A DNA stretch of 32,000 bases from Geotalea uraniireducens Rf4 (GTDB lineage Bacteria; Desulfobacterota; Desulfuromonadia; Geobacterales; Geobacteraceae). This document shows, in pieces, positions 1 to 8,222 of this stretch. The position numbers and the translations under genes are program-made. Under the pieces are notes generated by a model. It saw only the letters and a list, made by a program, of their open reading frames with translations. It searched no databases and was not told where the DNA came from. The stretch's first letter is position 1. Every line of letters starts with the position of its first letter. The stretch lies in NCBI RefSeq assembly GCF_000016745.1, contig NC_009483.1, forward strand, positions 750,001 through 782,000, written 5' to 3'.

Positions 1-401
1 GCGATAGGTGTGCAGTTGGTGGAAAAGGAATGTTCACCAATAAATGCTCCGGCGGCAATGGGGTTGAACCCTGCTTCCTGGGCAACATCCCTTAATTCGA
101 GGAGCGCGTCTTCATAAGCTCTATTCCCGTACACGACGACGATAACCGCTGGTGCACCATTTCCCTTAAGTTTTCGCAGCCTGGAAACCGCAACTGCGGG
201 GAGCCGCCCGCTGTACACCGGAGATCCGATGATGGCCAAATCTTCATACCCTCTTTGGGGCTTCTCTATTTCTGCATCATGGGTGGTCAAATCAAGGGCT
301 TCGACGTCGACAACCTGAAGTCCTTGCGAAATGCCTTCTACGACCTTCCTTGTCGTTTGAGTCGGCGAAAAGTAGATCAGTTTTGCTGAGTTAATATTCA
401 T
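1..401 (-). CDS. flavodoxin-like domain protein, N-terminal part (3' end runs off the window)
   Basis: Absent from the ORF track because it leaves the window. Hand translation of the minus strand from ATG 401-399 stays open to position 1: MNINSAKLIYFSPTQTTRKVVEGISQGLQVVDVEALDLTTHDAEIEKPQRGYEDLAIIGSPVYSGRLPAVAVSRLRKLKGNGAPAVIVVVYGNRAYEDALLELRDVAQEAGFNPIAAGAFIGEHSFSTNCTPI. A G-rich SD (GGACGGGGGG) lies just upstream. The IYFSPT..T / GSPVY.G / VVVYGNR.YEDAL pattern fits short flavodoxin-fold domains (flavodoxin / EFR1-type ferredoxin proteins). The family call is from remembered motifs, not a search. Confidence 0.6.
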   Translation of the reverse strand, partial: MNINSAKLIYFSPTQTTRKVVEGISQGLQVVDVEALDLTTHDAEIEKPQRGYEDLAIIGSPVYSGRLPAVAVSRLRKLKGNGAPAVIVVVYGNRAYEDALLELRDVAQEAGFNPIAAGAFIGEHSFSTNCTPI

Positions 402-484
402 TTTGCCCCCCGTCCTCATCAATTCATTTCTTTTATTTTTCATGTTTTCGGCTAACAACCTATCCGTGTGCGGCGTAAACAAAA

Positions 485-916
485 TCAACTTTGTGAACGG
501 TCTTCCACGCGTAATTCCAACACTATGCGCCCCCATCCACCGCACTGAAGCCCTACATCAAAGCAACTGGCCCGCTTGAACCTGATCTCATTGGGGTCAA
601 CACCTGCATAGATCATCTCGTTGGCCGTAAAGACCATCATGAAAGCAGAATTCAACGAATAAGCGCATACTTTCTTCGGACATAGTTCCGTGAGTAGATT
701 GCCCGCCCCATCAAAGTAGAACTTATCGCCAACCTTGTGACGACTATTACAGCCATGTGATTCGACTACCTCAAGAATGATGGTCTTGTTCATCAAGGTG
801 GCATTTTTAGTCAGGACATCTTCATTTCTCGGATTCTCCCTGAACTTTTTCATTTCTTCATCCGTGTAACCCAAATGCTTTTGGATTATTTTCCACATGC
901 GTTCATCAATCGCCAT
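485..916 (-). CDS. small Cys-containing protein, possibly TIGR04076-like
   Basis: Track ORF 485..991. I prefer ATG at 916 (MAIDERMWK...) because AAGGAG lies 7 nt upstream and the longer form has no SD. The C-terminal half (HGCNSRHKVGDKFYFDG...CPKKVCAYSLNSAF...ASCFDVGLQCGGWGRIVLELR) resembles the spaced-Cys beta-rich pattern I associate with TIGR04076 proteins. The family assignment is tentative. Confidence 0.55.
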   Translation of the reverse strand: MAIDERMWKIIQKHLGYTDEEMKKFRENPRNEDVLTKNATLMNKTIILEVVESHGCNSRHKVGDKFYFDGAGNLLTELCPKKVCAYSLNSAFMMVFTANEMIYAGVDPNEIRFKRASCFDVGLQCGGWGRIVLELRVEDRSQS

Positions 917-1015
917 GTTTAGACTCCTTTTACTATAAAGAAAAAAGGGACACTTCTGCGTGAGCATGTGGAGCACGTCCCGCGCGTGCACGACCTGCGG
1001 CCGATGGTTCGGAAT

Positions 1016-1822
1016 TTACTCCTTAACGGCAACTGCTTTGAAAAACGTGTAACAGAAAACGCCATCCGGTTCTGTTGTCCTGTAAAGTTCTTCGATGCCT
1101 TTGTCGAAGGTGTTCTGATCGGTTAATCCCGCTGCGAGTGCAGATTCACGTACACCCTCAATCATGGCGGTAAAAGTCTTTATGGTGAAGCCATCAACGA
1201 GTTCAGGTCTGCCGGCATCAACATAAACCATTCGCGGAGAAACATGAATTGCTCCGTAGCCGGCTTCGTTCAGAAGTGGATACAGTTCTCTGCCTATATT
1301 GGCATTCCCGCCGGCTCTCTTTTGCAGCTCAACCTGGCAGCTGATAACCTTATGAGCCGATTCACCGTCCGGGAAGAAATATGTTGAACCGTGATCGCCT
1401 TCAATCACGGTTATTGTTCCGCCAATCTTCAGATATTTTTTCAGAATGTTTAACGCTTTAACCGGATGGGGCAAATGTTCGAGAACGAAACAGACAAAAA
1501 TATGGTCAAAGGAATTTGTCTCGAAGGGCAAATGGAAAATGTCACCTTGCTGGAACATGACGTTTGTTATCCCCGCGGCCTCGGTATTCAACCTGGCCGT
1601 GACCACAGAGTTTTCAGATATATCGACAGAAGTGATCAGTGCTTCCGGGCTGTTCCTGGCAAGAGTTACTGTTTGTGCGCCAACTCCACAACCTGCTTCC
1701 AAAACCTTGCTTCCGGCAGGATAAACAGTGTCGGAGTGCAATAACTCAACCAGTGTCGACGCTTGGTCCTGAAGGCGAATGTTCTCTCTTAAATCGTAGC
1801 CGTGAACGTATGTGTTATTCAT
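1016..1822 (-). CDS. class I SAM-dependent methyltransferase
   Basis: 268-aa ORF with SAM motif I VLEAGCGVGAQT, the post-I acidic residue (SVDIS), and motifs GDIFHLPF and FDHIFVCFVLEHL typical of Methyltransf_11/UbiE-like enzymes. The start lies 15 nt after the PIN stop codon. Confidence 0.85.
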   Translation of the reverse strand: MNNTYVHGYDLRENIRLQDQASTLVELLHSDTVYPAGSKVLEAGCGVGAQTVTLARNSPEALITSVDISENSVVTARLNTEAAGITNVMFQQGDIFHLPFETNSFDHIFVCFVLEHLPHPVKALNILKKYLKIGGTITVIEGDHGSTYFFPDGESAHKVISCQVELQKRAGGNANIGRELYPLLNEAGYGAIHVSPRMVYVDAGRPELVDGFTIKTFTAMIEGVRESALAAGLTDQNTFDKGIEELYRTTEPDGVFCYTFFKAVAVKE

Positions 1823-1837
1823 TCATTGTTTCCTTTT

Positions 1838-2260
1838 TTACGCCGTTGTTCTGTGCCGTTTTTTGTAAAATGCCAGGAACTCGCTGGGAGAAAAAACCGT
1901 CACGCCCTGGCACAGTTCCGATGGAAAATGAACCTGGTTTCCTGTGATGAGACATTCAACTTGAGCGGCTATAGCCACTTCCAGGAATGCTTCATCATCA
2001 ATGTCCGGCAATGATTGGGAGAGAGGAGATGCTGCGACCGTGAGTCCACGATGCTCGATATGATCCAGAAGGGCAGAGACCTTGTCTTTTTCAAACTTGA
2101 ATTTAGGCCGGTCGAGAACTTCTTCGTATTCGGTCAAGATGCGGGCATCAAAAGAAAGTGTGAGCTCACCGGACGAAACCATGCGGACAATTTCTCCGCA
2201 TGGACCGAACGGTGACAAAAGACCGGCAACAAGGACATTGGTATCGAGAACAATGTTCAT
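1838..2260 (-). CDS. PIN-domain toxin of a type II toxin-antitoxin pair
   Basis: 140 aa. It has MNIVLDTNVLV (the first PIN acidic residue), internal acidic residues (TEYEEVL, DIDDEAFLEVA) and a C-terminal LITGN motif as in PIN/TIGR00305-type toxins. Its ATG overlaps the upstream antitoxin stop codon (ATGA, 2257-2260). Confidence 0.8.
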   Translation of the reverse strand: MNIVLDTNVLVAGLLSPFGPCGEIVRMVSSGELTLSFDARILTEYEEVLDRPKFKFEKDKVSALLDHIEHRGLTVAASPLSQSLPDIDDEAFLEVAIAAQVECLITGNQVHFPSELCQGVTVFSPSEFLAFYKKRHRTTA

Positions 2261-2550
2261 CGCGCTGATGCACGCTTTTTGCGGACAGCTTTGATTTGCT
2301 TGTCAATCTCGTCCATCGTGATCTTGTCGGTTCCTTTGTCTGCGGACCAGCGCTGGATACTTGCTACCGCCTCGACTGCGCGCGCTTGCCGGAATGCGGC
2401 CAAAGACTCTTCAAGATTCGATTCACTTATTGCCGCAAGAATGGCAATTGGTCTCCCATTGCTCGTGATGATCATCTCCCGTTCAGCGGGAAGCTCTTTC
2501 CAGATTTCGGCAGATTTACCCCTCAAATCGCGTACGCTCAAAAATTTCAT
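2257..2550 (-). CDS. Phd/YefM-like type II antitoxin
   Basis: 97 aa. The N-terminus MKFLSVRDLRGKSAEIWKEL...ITSNGRPIAIL is the typical Phd/YefM/prevent-host-death fold signature. There is a 4-nt overlap with the PIN gene and a GGAGGTGG SD upstream. Confidence 0.7.
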   Translation of the reverse strand: MKFLSVRDLRGKSAEIWKELPAEREMIITSNGRPIAILAAISESNLEESLAAFRQARAVEAVASIQRWSADKGTDKITMDEIDKQIKAVRKKRASAR

Positions 2551-2574
2551 TTGCCACCTCCATATGTGACCTAA

Positions 2575-2603
2575 ATTATGTGCACAAATGTCACTCGTGT
2601 CAA
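2575..2603 (-). promoter_or_regulatory. sigma70-like promoter of the antitoxin-toxin operon with palindromic operator candidates
   Basis: Minus strand reads TTGACA (2603-2598), 17 nt, CATAAT (2580-2575), about 25 nt upstream of the antitoxin ATG. The palindrome TGTGCACA and the inverted GTGAC/GTCAC pair overlap the spacer and -10 region, as expected for TA autoregulation. Confidence 0.45.
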
Positions 2604-2791
2604 TTGCATTTTTTCACATAACGTGCCGGGAGTTGGAACCGGTCGGATTTTCAGCCTGGTCCAACTGTCTTGTTGGAACTTCGTCTTTTCGACTTTAGTT
2701 TATAAAAAGCGGTCTCATGACGAGTATCCTGCCTCGTCGGAAATGGACTTTCAGGCTGAGGGCAGACTTTTTTTCTTGGCTTGATGAAAAA

Positions 2792-4264
2792 TTATGGTTT
2801 CCTTTTCCATTCATCGATAAGTGCTACAATATCAAGCTTATTGCTTTCTATAGCAATATCTCTGACTGTCTTGCCCTCAAATCCTATTTCGTCAGGGTTC
2901 GCACCCTTATTAAGCATTTTCTTGAATACGTCTGCATCACAAGAGTTCACTGCTGAGAAAATAGTATCTTTTCTTGGTTTGGCTCCATTATCTAGCAAAT
3001 ATGATGCAATGTTGCAGTTCGTATTTTCTATAGCTAATTCAAGTGGTGATTTGACTACAGTGGTATTCAAAAAACCAGTTCTTTTCTCAACTGGGTTAAG
3101 ATCAGAGCCCCTTTGAACCAAATACTTCACAATCTCTATGTAGCCTTCCTTTGACGCAATGCCAACAGGTGAGGTGACTATTGTTCCAAACAGCATTGAA
3201 CCAATTTGCGCTTCCGAGTCCAGGTTGCTTTCAGCTAAGACTAGTGCACGAACAACATCAATAGAGCCGCCTTGGGAAGCCCAAAAAAGAGGAGTAGCAC
3301 CACCTTCATCCTGAATATTTACATTCGATTTCTGTTCTAATAAATACTGAACAACGTCTATATGTCCTGCTTTCGCTGCAAGGTGTAACGCTGTTGATCC
3401 GTTGGGTGTAGTTTTATCAATCTTCTCACCTTTCTCAACAATCTGCTTGATAGTTGCAAGATTCCCAGTTCTTGCAATTAAGGGCCATTCGCTTGTTTTA
3501 TAATCGTTTTGATTGGAAGAAGTGGAAGAAGTGTCAACAGAAGCAATTGTGTTAACTGGAGGACATGGAGTGGAAATAGATGCTGGTGTTCTAACCAAGT
3601 CTTGACGAGTCTGAACACCCCAGTAAAGACCTTTCCCGCTTATTGTGTTATCACCAACATTACTTTGTGCACCACCAAATTTGAGAGCAAGACTACGAAC
3701 AATTTGGTTTTGAGTTTCAACGCTTAACTTTGCACCCTCGTCGAAAATTACACTGTACGTTGCGTCTGCTATTAAGGCCTTTTGTAAAAAGCCTACAGCC
3801 TTATTTCCTTGAAGGCTATTTATGGCGTCCGTACATCCTTGTTCTTGTTTACATAAGCCAGAAAAAACTTTGTCATCAGCAACAGTTTCTACAATTACGT
3901 TACTAAGAGACACCTTGATGTCCTTAATGGCGTGGTAATCAACATCAAGTCCAAGTTGACCAAAATAATCTGTATCGAAATTGAACGAAGTCGTCAGTTT
4001 CTGAGTAGCTGCTACTGTTGCAGCACCATCTTTCTTGGGTGTGACCGTGCCAATGTAAGTACCATCACATACTGGACTACTATTGAAAGGGTTACGACTG
4101 GTTGCCAATACAACATTACCAGGCCGAAATTCTTTTGACGGGAGAGCAACTGGTTCATATCCCAGCTCTTTTACTGTACATTGTAAAGTCGGGCTAAAAT
4201 AACAACAGCCGGTCAGTGTGCTAACAACTGCACAATAAAGAAGAATAAAAATATTTCTGGACAT
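2792..4264 (-). CDS. lipoprotein with unassigned N-terminal domain and C-terminal ankyrin repeats
   Basis: Track ORF 2792..4306. I start it at ATG 4264 (GAGGAG 6 nt upstream), giving MSRNIFILLYCAVVSTLTG|C, a signal peptide with lipobox LTGC. The C-terminal ~210 aa hold 6-7 ankyrin repeats (TPNGSTALHLAAKAGHIDVVQYLLEQKSNVN; DEGGATPLFWASQGGSIDVVRALV; EGYIEIVKYLVQRGSDLN ...). A Ser/Thr/Pro linker (TPASISTPCPPVNTIASVDTSSTSSNQ) separates the two halves. This is the most AT-rich gene in the window. Confidence 0.8.
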   Translation of the reverse strand: MSRNIFILLYCAVVSTLTGCCYFSPTLQCTVKELGYEPVALPSKEFRPGNVVLATSRNPFNSSPVCDGTYIGTVTPKKDGAATVAATQKLTTSFNFDTDYFGQLGLDVDYHAIKDIKVSLSNVIVETVADDKVFSGLCKQEQGCTDAINSLQGNKAVGFLQKALIADATYSVIFDEGAKLSVETQNQIVRSLALKFGGAQSNVGDNTISGKGLYWGVQTRQDLVRTPASISTPCPPVNTIASVDTSSTSSNQNDYKTSEWPLIARTGNLATIKQIVEKGEKIDKTTPNGSTALHLAAKAGHIDVVQYLLEQKSNVNIQDEGGATPLFWASQGGSIDVVRALVLAESNLDSEAQIGSMLFGTIVTSPVGIASKEGYIEIVKYLVQRGSDLNPVEKRTGFLNTTVVKSPLELAIENTNCNIASYLLDNGAKPRKDTIFSAVNSCDADVFKKMLNKGANPDEIGFEGKTVRDIAIESNKLDIVALIDEWKRKP

Positions 4265-4527
4265 ACTAATCTCCTCGCAAGTCTTGTATTTATTGCCACA
4301 TATCAATCAATTTGAACTAAACCGTCTTCGACCCTGACGGTCTACTTGGATATTAATCCAGGATTTTGTCCTTTTGTGGGTTGGATAATACGGTCTTTAT
4401 GAAGGGATTTCAATAGAGATTTGGCTGGATGAGGTCTTTTCTGTTGTTTCAATGAGGGGATAATAGAGGCGTCCGGCGGCTGTGGGGATGCCGAGGACGC
4501 TGCGAGGGTGGAATTGACCAGGGCCTT

Positions 4528-5574
4528 TCAACCATGGGCTTTGCCTTTTTTGATTTCGCCGGCGCAGATCTTGATCACCGCCGCCAGAGGAATTGCCAGC
4601 ACGATTCCCCAGAATCCCATCAGTTCGCCCATTGCCATGACGGCAAAGATTACCGCCAGCGGGTTTAGCCTGAGGGTGTGCCTCATGACCAGCGGCTTGA
4701 TCAGGTTCCCTTCGATTATGACGTTGATAAGGAAATATACGCCGCAGACCTTGGCGATGATCAGCGGATCGCCGCTCTGGGCGTAACCGATCAAAAGCGG
4801 CGGGATGACGGCAAAGGCCACCCCGACAAAGGGGACGATGGAGGCGAAGCCGGTTATAACTCCGTTCAGCACCGCGAACTGGATGTCGAGCAGGTAGAGA
4901 GCAATGGCGATAAGGATGCCGACCAGCAGGCAGTCCATGAACATGCCGATGATGAACCGTTCCATGGACCTGTTTATTCTTTTACCCAGATCGCTCAACT
5001 GCCGTCTCTGCGCCGGGGGTGTCAGGCGCAGGATGAGGTCCTTGATGTGCTGCTTGTAGAGGAGCATGAAAAACACCAGGATGGGCGCCAGGATCAGGTT
5101 GAAAATCCCGTAGAGAATCGCCGTGAGCCGATTATAGCCCATGCCGGATATTTCCTGCGCCAGGCTGGTGAGGGATTCCTTGCCCCTGGCCAGAAGCCAT
5201 GCCCCTTCCTCGCCGCTGTAATAGGGCGCGAGCCGCACCTGCCATTCATCCATGTCGCCTTTCAGGTTCAGTACATAAGAGGGGACGGCCGTGGCCAGTG
5301 TCTCCAACTGGTGCACCAGGTAGGGGACGAGCAGGAGCGAGGCAAGGACGATCGCTGTTGCCAGCGCAAGGTAGAGGATGCCGAGAGCGGAAAGGCGGCG
5401 CAAGCCCCTTTTCTCCAGGCGTTTGAGCAGCGGGTTAAGGAGATAGGCAAGCACCAGCGAGGTTAACAGGGCCGAGAGGGTGTGACGCATGAAATAGCCC
5501 GACAGGAGCAAGAGCGCCAGGGCGGCCGAGAGTATATGGAAGAGCGGGTGTATTCTTCCCTGTGCCGGTTGCAT
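4528..5574 (-). CDS. AI-2E family (PerM/YhhT-type) transporter
   Basis: 348 aa polytopic membrane protein. The C-terminal signature LNPLAVIFAVMAMGELMGFWGIVLAIPLAAV is typical of the AI-2E/UPF0118 family. It is a paralogue of the adjacent gene. Confidence 0.85.
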   Translation of the reverse strand: MQPAQGRIHPLFHILSAALALLLLSGYFMRHTLSALLTSLVLAYLLNPLLKRLEKRGLRRLSALGILYLALATAIVLASLLLVPYLVHQLETLATAVPSYVLNLKGDMDEWQVRLAPYYSGEEGAWLLARGKESLTSLAQEISGMGYNRLTAILYGIFNLILAPILVFFMLLYKQHIKDLILRLTPPAQRRQLSDLGKRINRSMERFIIGMFMDCLLVGILIAIALYLLDIQFAVLNGVITGFASIVPFVGVAFAVIPPLLIGYAQSGDPLIIAKVCGVYFLINVIIEGNLIKPLVMRHTLRLNPLAVIFAVMAMGELMGFWGIVLAIPLAAVIKICAGEIKKGKAHG

Positions 5575-5577
5575 GGC

Positions 5578-6624
5578 TTATGCTTCCCTGATGAAATCAC
5601 CGCGCCGCAGGTGTGCCGAGATTATCTTGAAGGCAGCGGCAAGCGGTATGGCGAGTAGTATCCCCCAGAAGCCCATCAGTTCGCCAAAGGCCATGACGAT
5701 GATGATGGTGAACAGAGGGTTCAGGTCCATTGACTCTTTGAAGACCAGCGGTTTGATTACGTAGCCTTCGAGGAAATAGATCGCGGCGAACGACGCCAGC
5801 ACCTTGATGAGCACGACGCCGCTCTGGAACTTGACATAGGCGAAGAAGAGCGGCGGGATGGTGGCGAGCACCACGCCGATGAAGGGGAGGATCGATGCCA
5901 GGCCGGCGAAGATGCCGTTCAACACCGCGTAGTCGATGCCGAGGTAAAAGAGGGCAATTGTCGACAGAACGGCTACAATCAGCGAAACGACCATTTGTCC
6001 CCTGATGTAGCCGCCAACGCTCTGGTTTATTTCCCGGCCGAGGGCGCGGATGTTGTCACTGTGCGCCGCAGGGAGCCAGGCGACGATCTCGTCGATGATG
6101 TTCCGCTTGTAGTAGAGCATGAAGAATACCAGGATCGGCGAAAGGATTATGTTGAACAGGTTGAAGACCACGTTGGCTGCTGCGGCGTAGACACCGGCGC
6201 TCATTTTGGCGAAGAGCTTGTTCATGTTCGTCGAAAGCGTATCGAAAAGCCATTGCCATTCATCGGCGCCGTAGGCGGGTTGAAACTGGTCCTTCCAGCC
6301 GAGCATGATCTCCTTCCCTTTTTGCACATGGCGGGGCAGGTCGCGGACCAGAGAATCCCAGGCGAGGGTGGTGAAGGGGAGGAGATAGGCGATGCAGAAG
6401 ACGGAAACGAGGCCGATGACCAGGTAGACGATGAGTATGCCGTAAAGTCGCGGCGTTTTTTTCCGCTCCAGATAGACGACGCAGGGGTCGATCAGGTATG
6501 CGAGCACAAAGGAGAGGAGAAAGCACGACACGGTGTGGCGCAGGGCGTAGCCTGCGGCAAAGAAGGCGGCGATTACCAGCAGGCCGATGATCGCTCTGTT
6601 TGAGGTTGACTGTTGCGGCTGCAT
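5578..6624 (-). CDS. AI-2E family (PerM/YhhT-type) transporter, tandem paralogue
   Basis: Track ORF 5578..6666 begins at a GTG. ATG at 6624 has AAGGAA 5 nt upstream and gives 348 aa starting MQPQQ, which mirrors MQPAQ of the downstream paralogue. It carries the same C-terminal motif (LNPLFTIIIVMAFGELMGFWGILLAIPLAAA). Confidence 0.8.
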   Translation of the reverse strand: MQPQQSTSNRAIIGLLVIAAFFAAGYALRHTVSCFLLSFVLAYLIDPCVVYLERKKTPRLYGILIVYLVIGLVSVFCIAYLLPFTTLAWDSLVRDLPRHVQKGKEIMLGWKDQFQPAYGADEWQWLFDTLSTNMNKLFAKMSAGVYAAAANVVFNLFNIILSPILVFFMLYYKRNIIDEIVAWLPAAHSDNIRALGREINQSVGGYIRGQMVVSLIVAVLSTIALFYLGIDYAVLNGIFAGLASILPFIGVVLATIPPLFFAYVKFQSGVVLIKVLASFAAIYFLEGYVIKPLVFKESMDLNPLFTIIIVMAFGELMGFWGILLAIPLAAAFKIISAHLRRGDFIREA

Positions 6625-6680
6625 AGGTTCCTTTGGCGGACGAATCGATGTCACTCGTCGTGCCACCCGGGTGCGGCCTG

Positions 6681-7118
6681 TTAAAACGGCTCGCCGGATG
6701 GGTAAATGTCATGCTCTTCGAGCCAATGCCCAACTCTGGCGGTCAGCAACTCTTCCTTGATGGCCAGCAACCGTTCCAACTCTTCGGGATAAAACGAGAG
6801 GATCTCATCCAAACGGCCATAGGGGCTTTTGCCGACGAAAGCCCTGTCCAGAAGCGTTTTCAGTTTTCCGTTGGTCACCCCTTTGATGAATTCGTGGAGG
6901 AGCTGCCTCTCCTGGTCGTAGTCAAAACAGGGGATAAGGAGGTAGCGCTCATCATCGGCCTCTATTTCATCCCAGAAGGCATCGTCTTCATAGTCACTCG
7001 GCACGTAAAAAACTTCTCCGGTTTCCCTGTCGAGGAAGTAGACCATTTCCGGGTCGGGATTTTCAAATGCATCCAGTAGATCGTCCCAGACGATTTCCAT
7101 ATCCCGCATAACACCCAT
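6681..7118 (-). CDS. UPF0158-like acidic cytoplasmic protein
   Basis: 145 aa. The N-terminus WDDLLDAFENPDPEMVYFLDRETGEVFYVP matches the pattern I recall for UPF0158. AAGGGG lies 8 nt upstream of the ATG. It is first in a co-directional run with the two AI-2E genes. Confidence 0.6.
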   Translation of the reverse strand: MGVMRDMEIVWDDLLDAFENPDPEMVYFLDRETGEVFYVPSDYEDDAFWDEIEADDERYLLIPCFDYDQERQLLHEFIKGVTNGKLKTLLDRAFVGKSPYGRLDEILSFYPEELERLLAIKEELLTARVGHWLEEHDIYPSGEPF

Positions 7119-7218
7119 TAAACAACCCCTTTATAAATCCGCTAAAGCCAGGCCAATGTCAAAGGCAATTTTTCGCGACGTCACCATTGTCTGCTGCCGC
7201 AAGCCGTTTTTCTCCATC

Positions 7219-7247
7219 TTTACCTCTTGCGGATTTTCCTATATAGT
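7219..7247 (+). promoter_or_regulatory. candidate sigma70 promoter of lpxH (possibly leaderless)
   Basis: TTTACC (7219-7224), 17 nt, TATAGT (7242-7247). The lpxH ATG (7254) begins 7 nt after the -10 hexamer and has no SD. Confidence 0.3.
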
Positions 7248-7253
7248 GCCGTT

Positions 7254-7979
7254 ATGCGTAAAATTTTCATTGCCGATGCCCACCTGAGAAATGAAAGGGA
7301 CGAAAACTACCAGACCCTTCTCCGTTTCCTCTCAAGCCTTGAGGGGAATATCGATACCCTCTTTATCCTTGGCGATCTTTTTGAATTCTGGATCGGTTAC
7401 CGCAGCATCCCGTTCAACAACTATCAGCCGGTGCTGGCGCAGCTGCGGAAGCTTGCGTCGAGCGGCGTCCGTATCGTCTATTTCGAAGGGAACCACGATT
7501 TCCACATGGGGCCCTTCTTTAGTGAAACCTTGCAGGCCGAAGTCCATCCCGGCCCGGCAATCATCTCCCTGGACGGGAGGCGCGTCTTTCTCTGCCACGG
7601 CGATCAGGTCAACAGCAGGGATTACGGTTATCGGTTACTGCGCGCCCTCCTTCACAATCCAGTGAGCAGTGCGCTCATTCCCATGGTGCCGGTGGCCATG
7701 ACCTCGTTCATTGCCGAACGCATGTCGCGGCAAAGCAACAAAAACCATGGCCAACGACAGATCAGGTGGGACTATGCCGCCATCCTGAGAGATTTTGCCG
7801 CTGCCCGCTTCCGGGAAGGGTGTGACGTTGTGGTCGCCGGCCATTTTCACCTGCCGTTCCTGGAAAAAAACAACAGCGGCCGGGAACGGGTGCTGCTCTC
7901 CCTTGGCGACTGGATCAGCCAGTTCTCCTACGGCGAATGGATTGACGGAGAATTGTCGCTGAAGAGCTACCGGCCATGA
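7254..7979 (+). CDS. lpxH: UDP-2,3-diacylglucosamine diphosphatase
   Basis: Track ORF starts at TTG 7227. Homologues start directly at M..FI.D.HL, so I use ATG 7254 (MRKIFIADAHL). It has the calcineurin-type metallophosphoesterase motifs DAHL, GDLFEFW, GNHDF, CHGD and GHFH in LpxH order and spacing, and is about 241 aa. Confidence 0.85.
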   Translation: MRKIFIADAHLRNERDENYQTLLRFLSSLEGNIDTLFILGDLFEFWIGYRSIPFNNYQPVLAQLRKLASSGVRIVYFEGNHDFHMGPFFSETLQAEVHPGPAIISLDGRRVFLCHGDQVNSRDYGYRLLRALLHNPVSSALIPMVPVAMTSFIAERMSRQSNKNHGQRQIRWDYAAILRDFAAARFREGCDVVVAGHFHLPFLEKNNSGRERVLLSLGDWISQFSYGEWIDGELSLKSYRP

Positions 7980-7985
7980 TGCGCT

Positions 7986-8219
7986 TTACAGGTCGAACAG
8001 CCGCAGATATTTCTCCACCCGTTCTTCGAGGGTCGGCGCGGCGATGAGCAGGCAGATTTCATCGGGCTGGTAGCCGCGACAGACAGCCGGACGTTCCCCA
8101 TAACGGTCGCACTCTCCACCGGCATTCAGATGCCTGCAACGCACCGCCAAAGGTTTTCCCAGCGTCTTTATATCCGGCGCAACACAGCATGTCCCGCATC
8201 TCAGGCAATCCATACTCAT
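7986..8219 (-). CDS. YkgJ-family cysteine-cluster protein
   Basis: 77 aa with CLRCGTCC near the N-terminus plus further Cys residues (C..C.RYGERPAVCRGY), the UPF0153/YkgJ signature. Its stop codon lies only 6 nt from the convergent lpxH stop. Confidence 0.65.
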   Translation of the reverse strand: MSMDCLRCGTCCVAPDIKTLGKPLAVRCRHLNAGGECDRYGERPAVCRGYQPDEICLLIAAPTLEERVEKYLRLFDL

Positions 8220-8222
8220 TCA

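Noticed and set aside
2578-3116. Small plus-strand ORFs (2578..2784, 2717..2956, 2781..3116, 3509..3727, 3932..4138) in and beside the ankyrin gene
   Set aside because: They are chance ORFs in AT-rich sequence, antisense to a gene with a clear lipobox and ankyrin repeats. They have no SD and no motifs.
1-4527. Calling the AT-rich left end a defined genomic island or mobile element
   Set aside because: Composition and gene content (TA pair, ankyrin lipoprotein) suggest horizontal origin. However, I found no integrase, transposase, tRNA or flanking direct repeats in the window, and the left boundary is outside it. It is therefore reported as an observation only.
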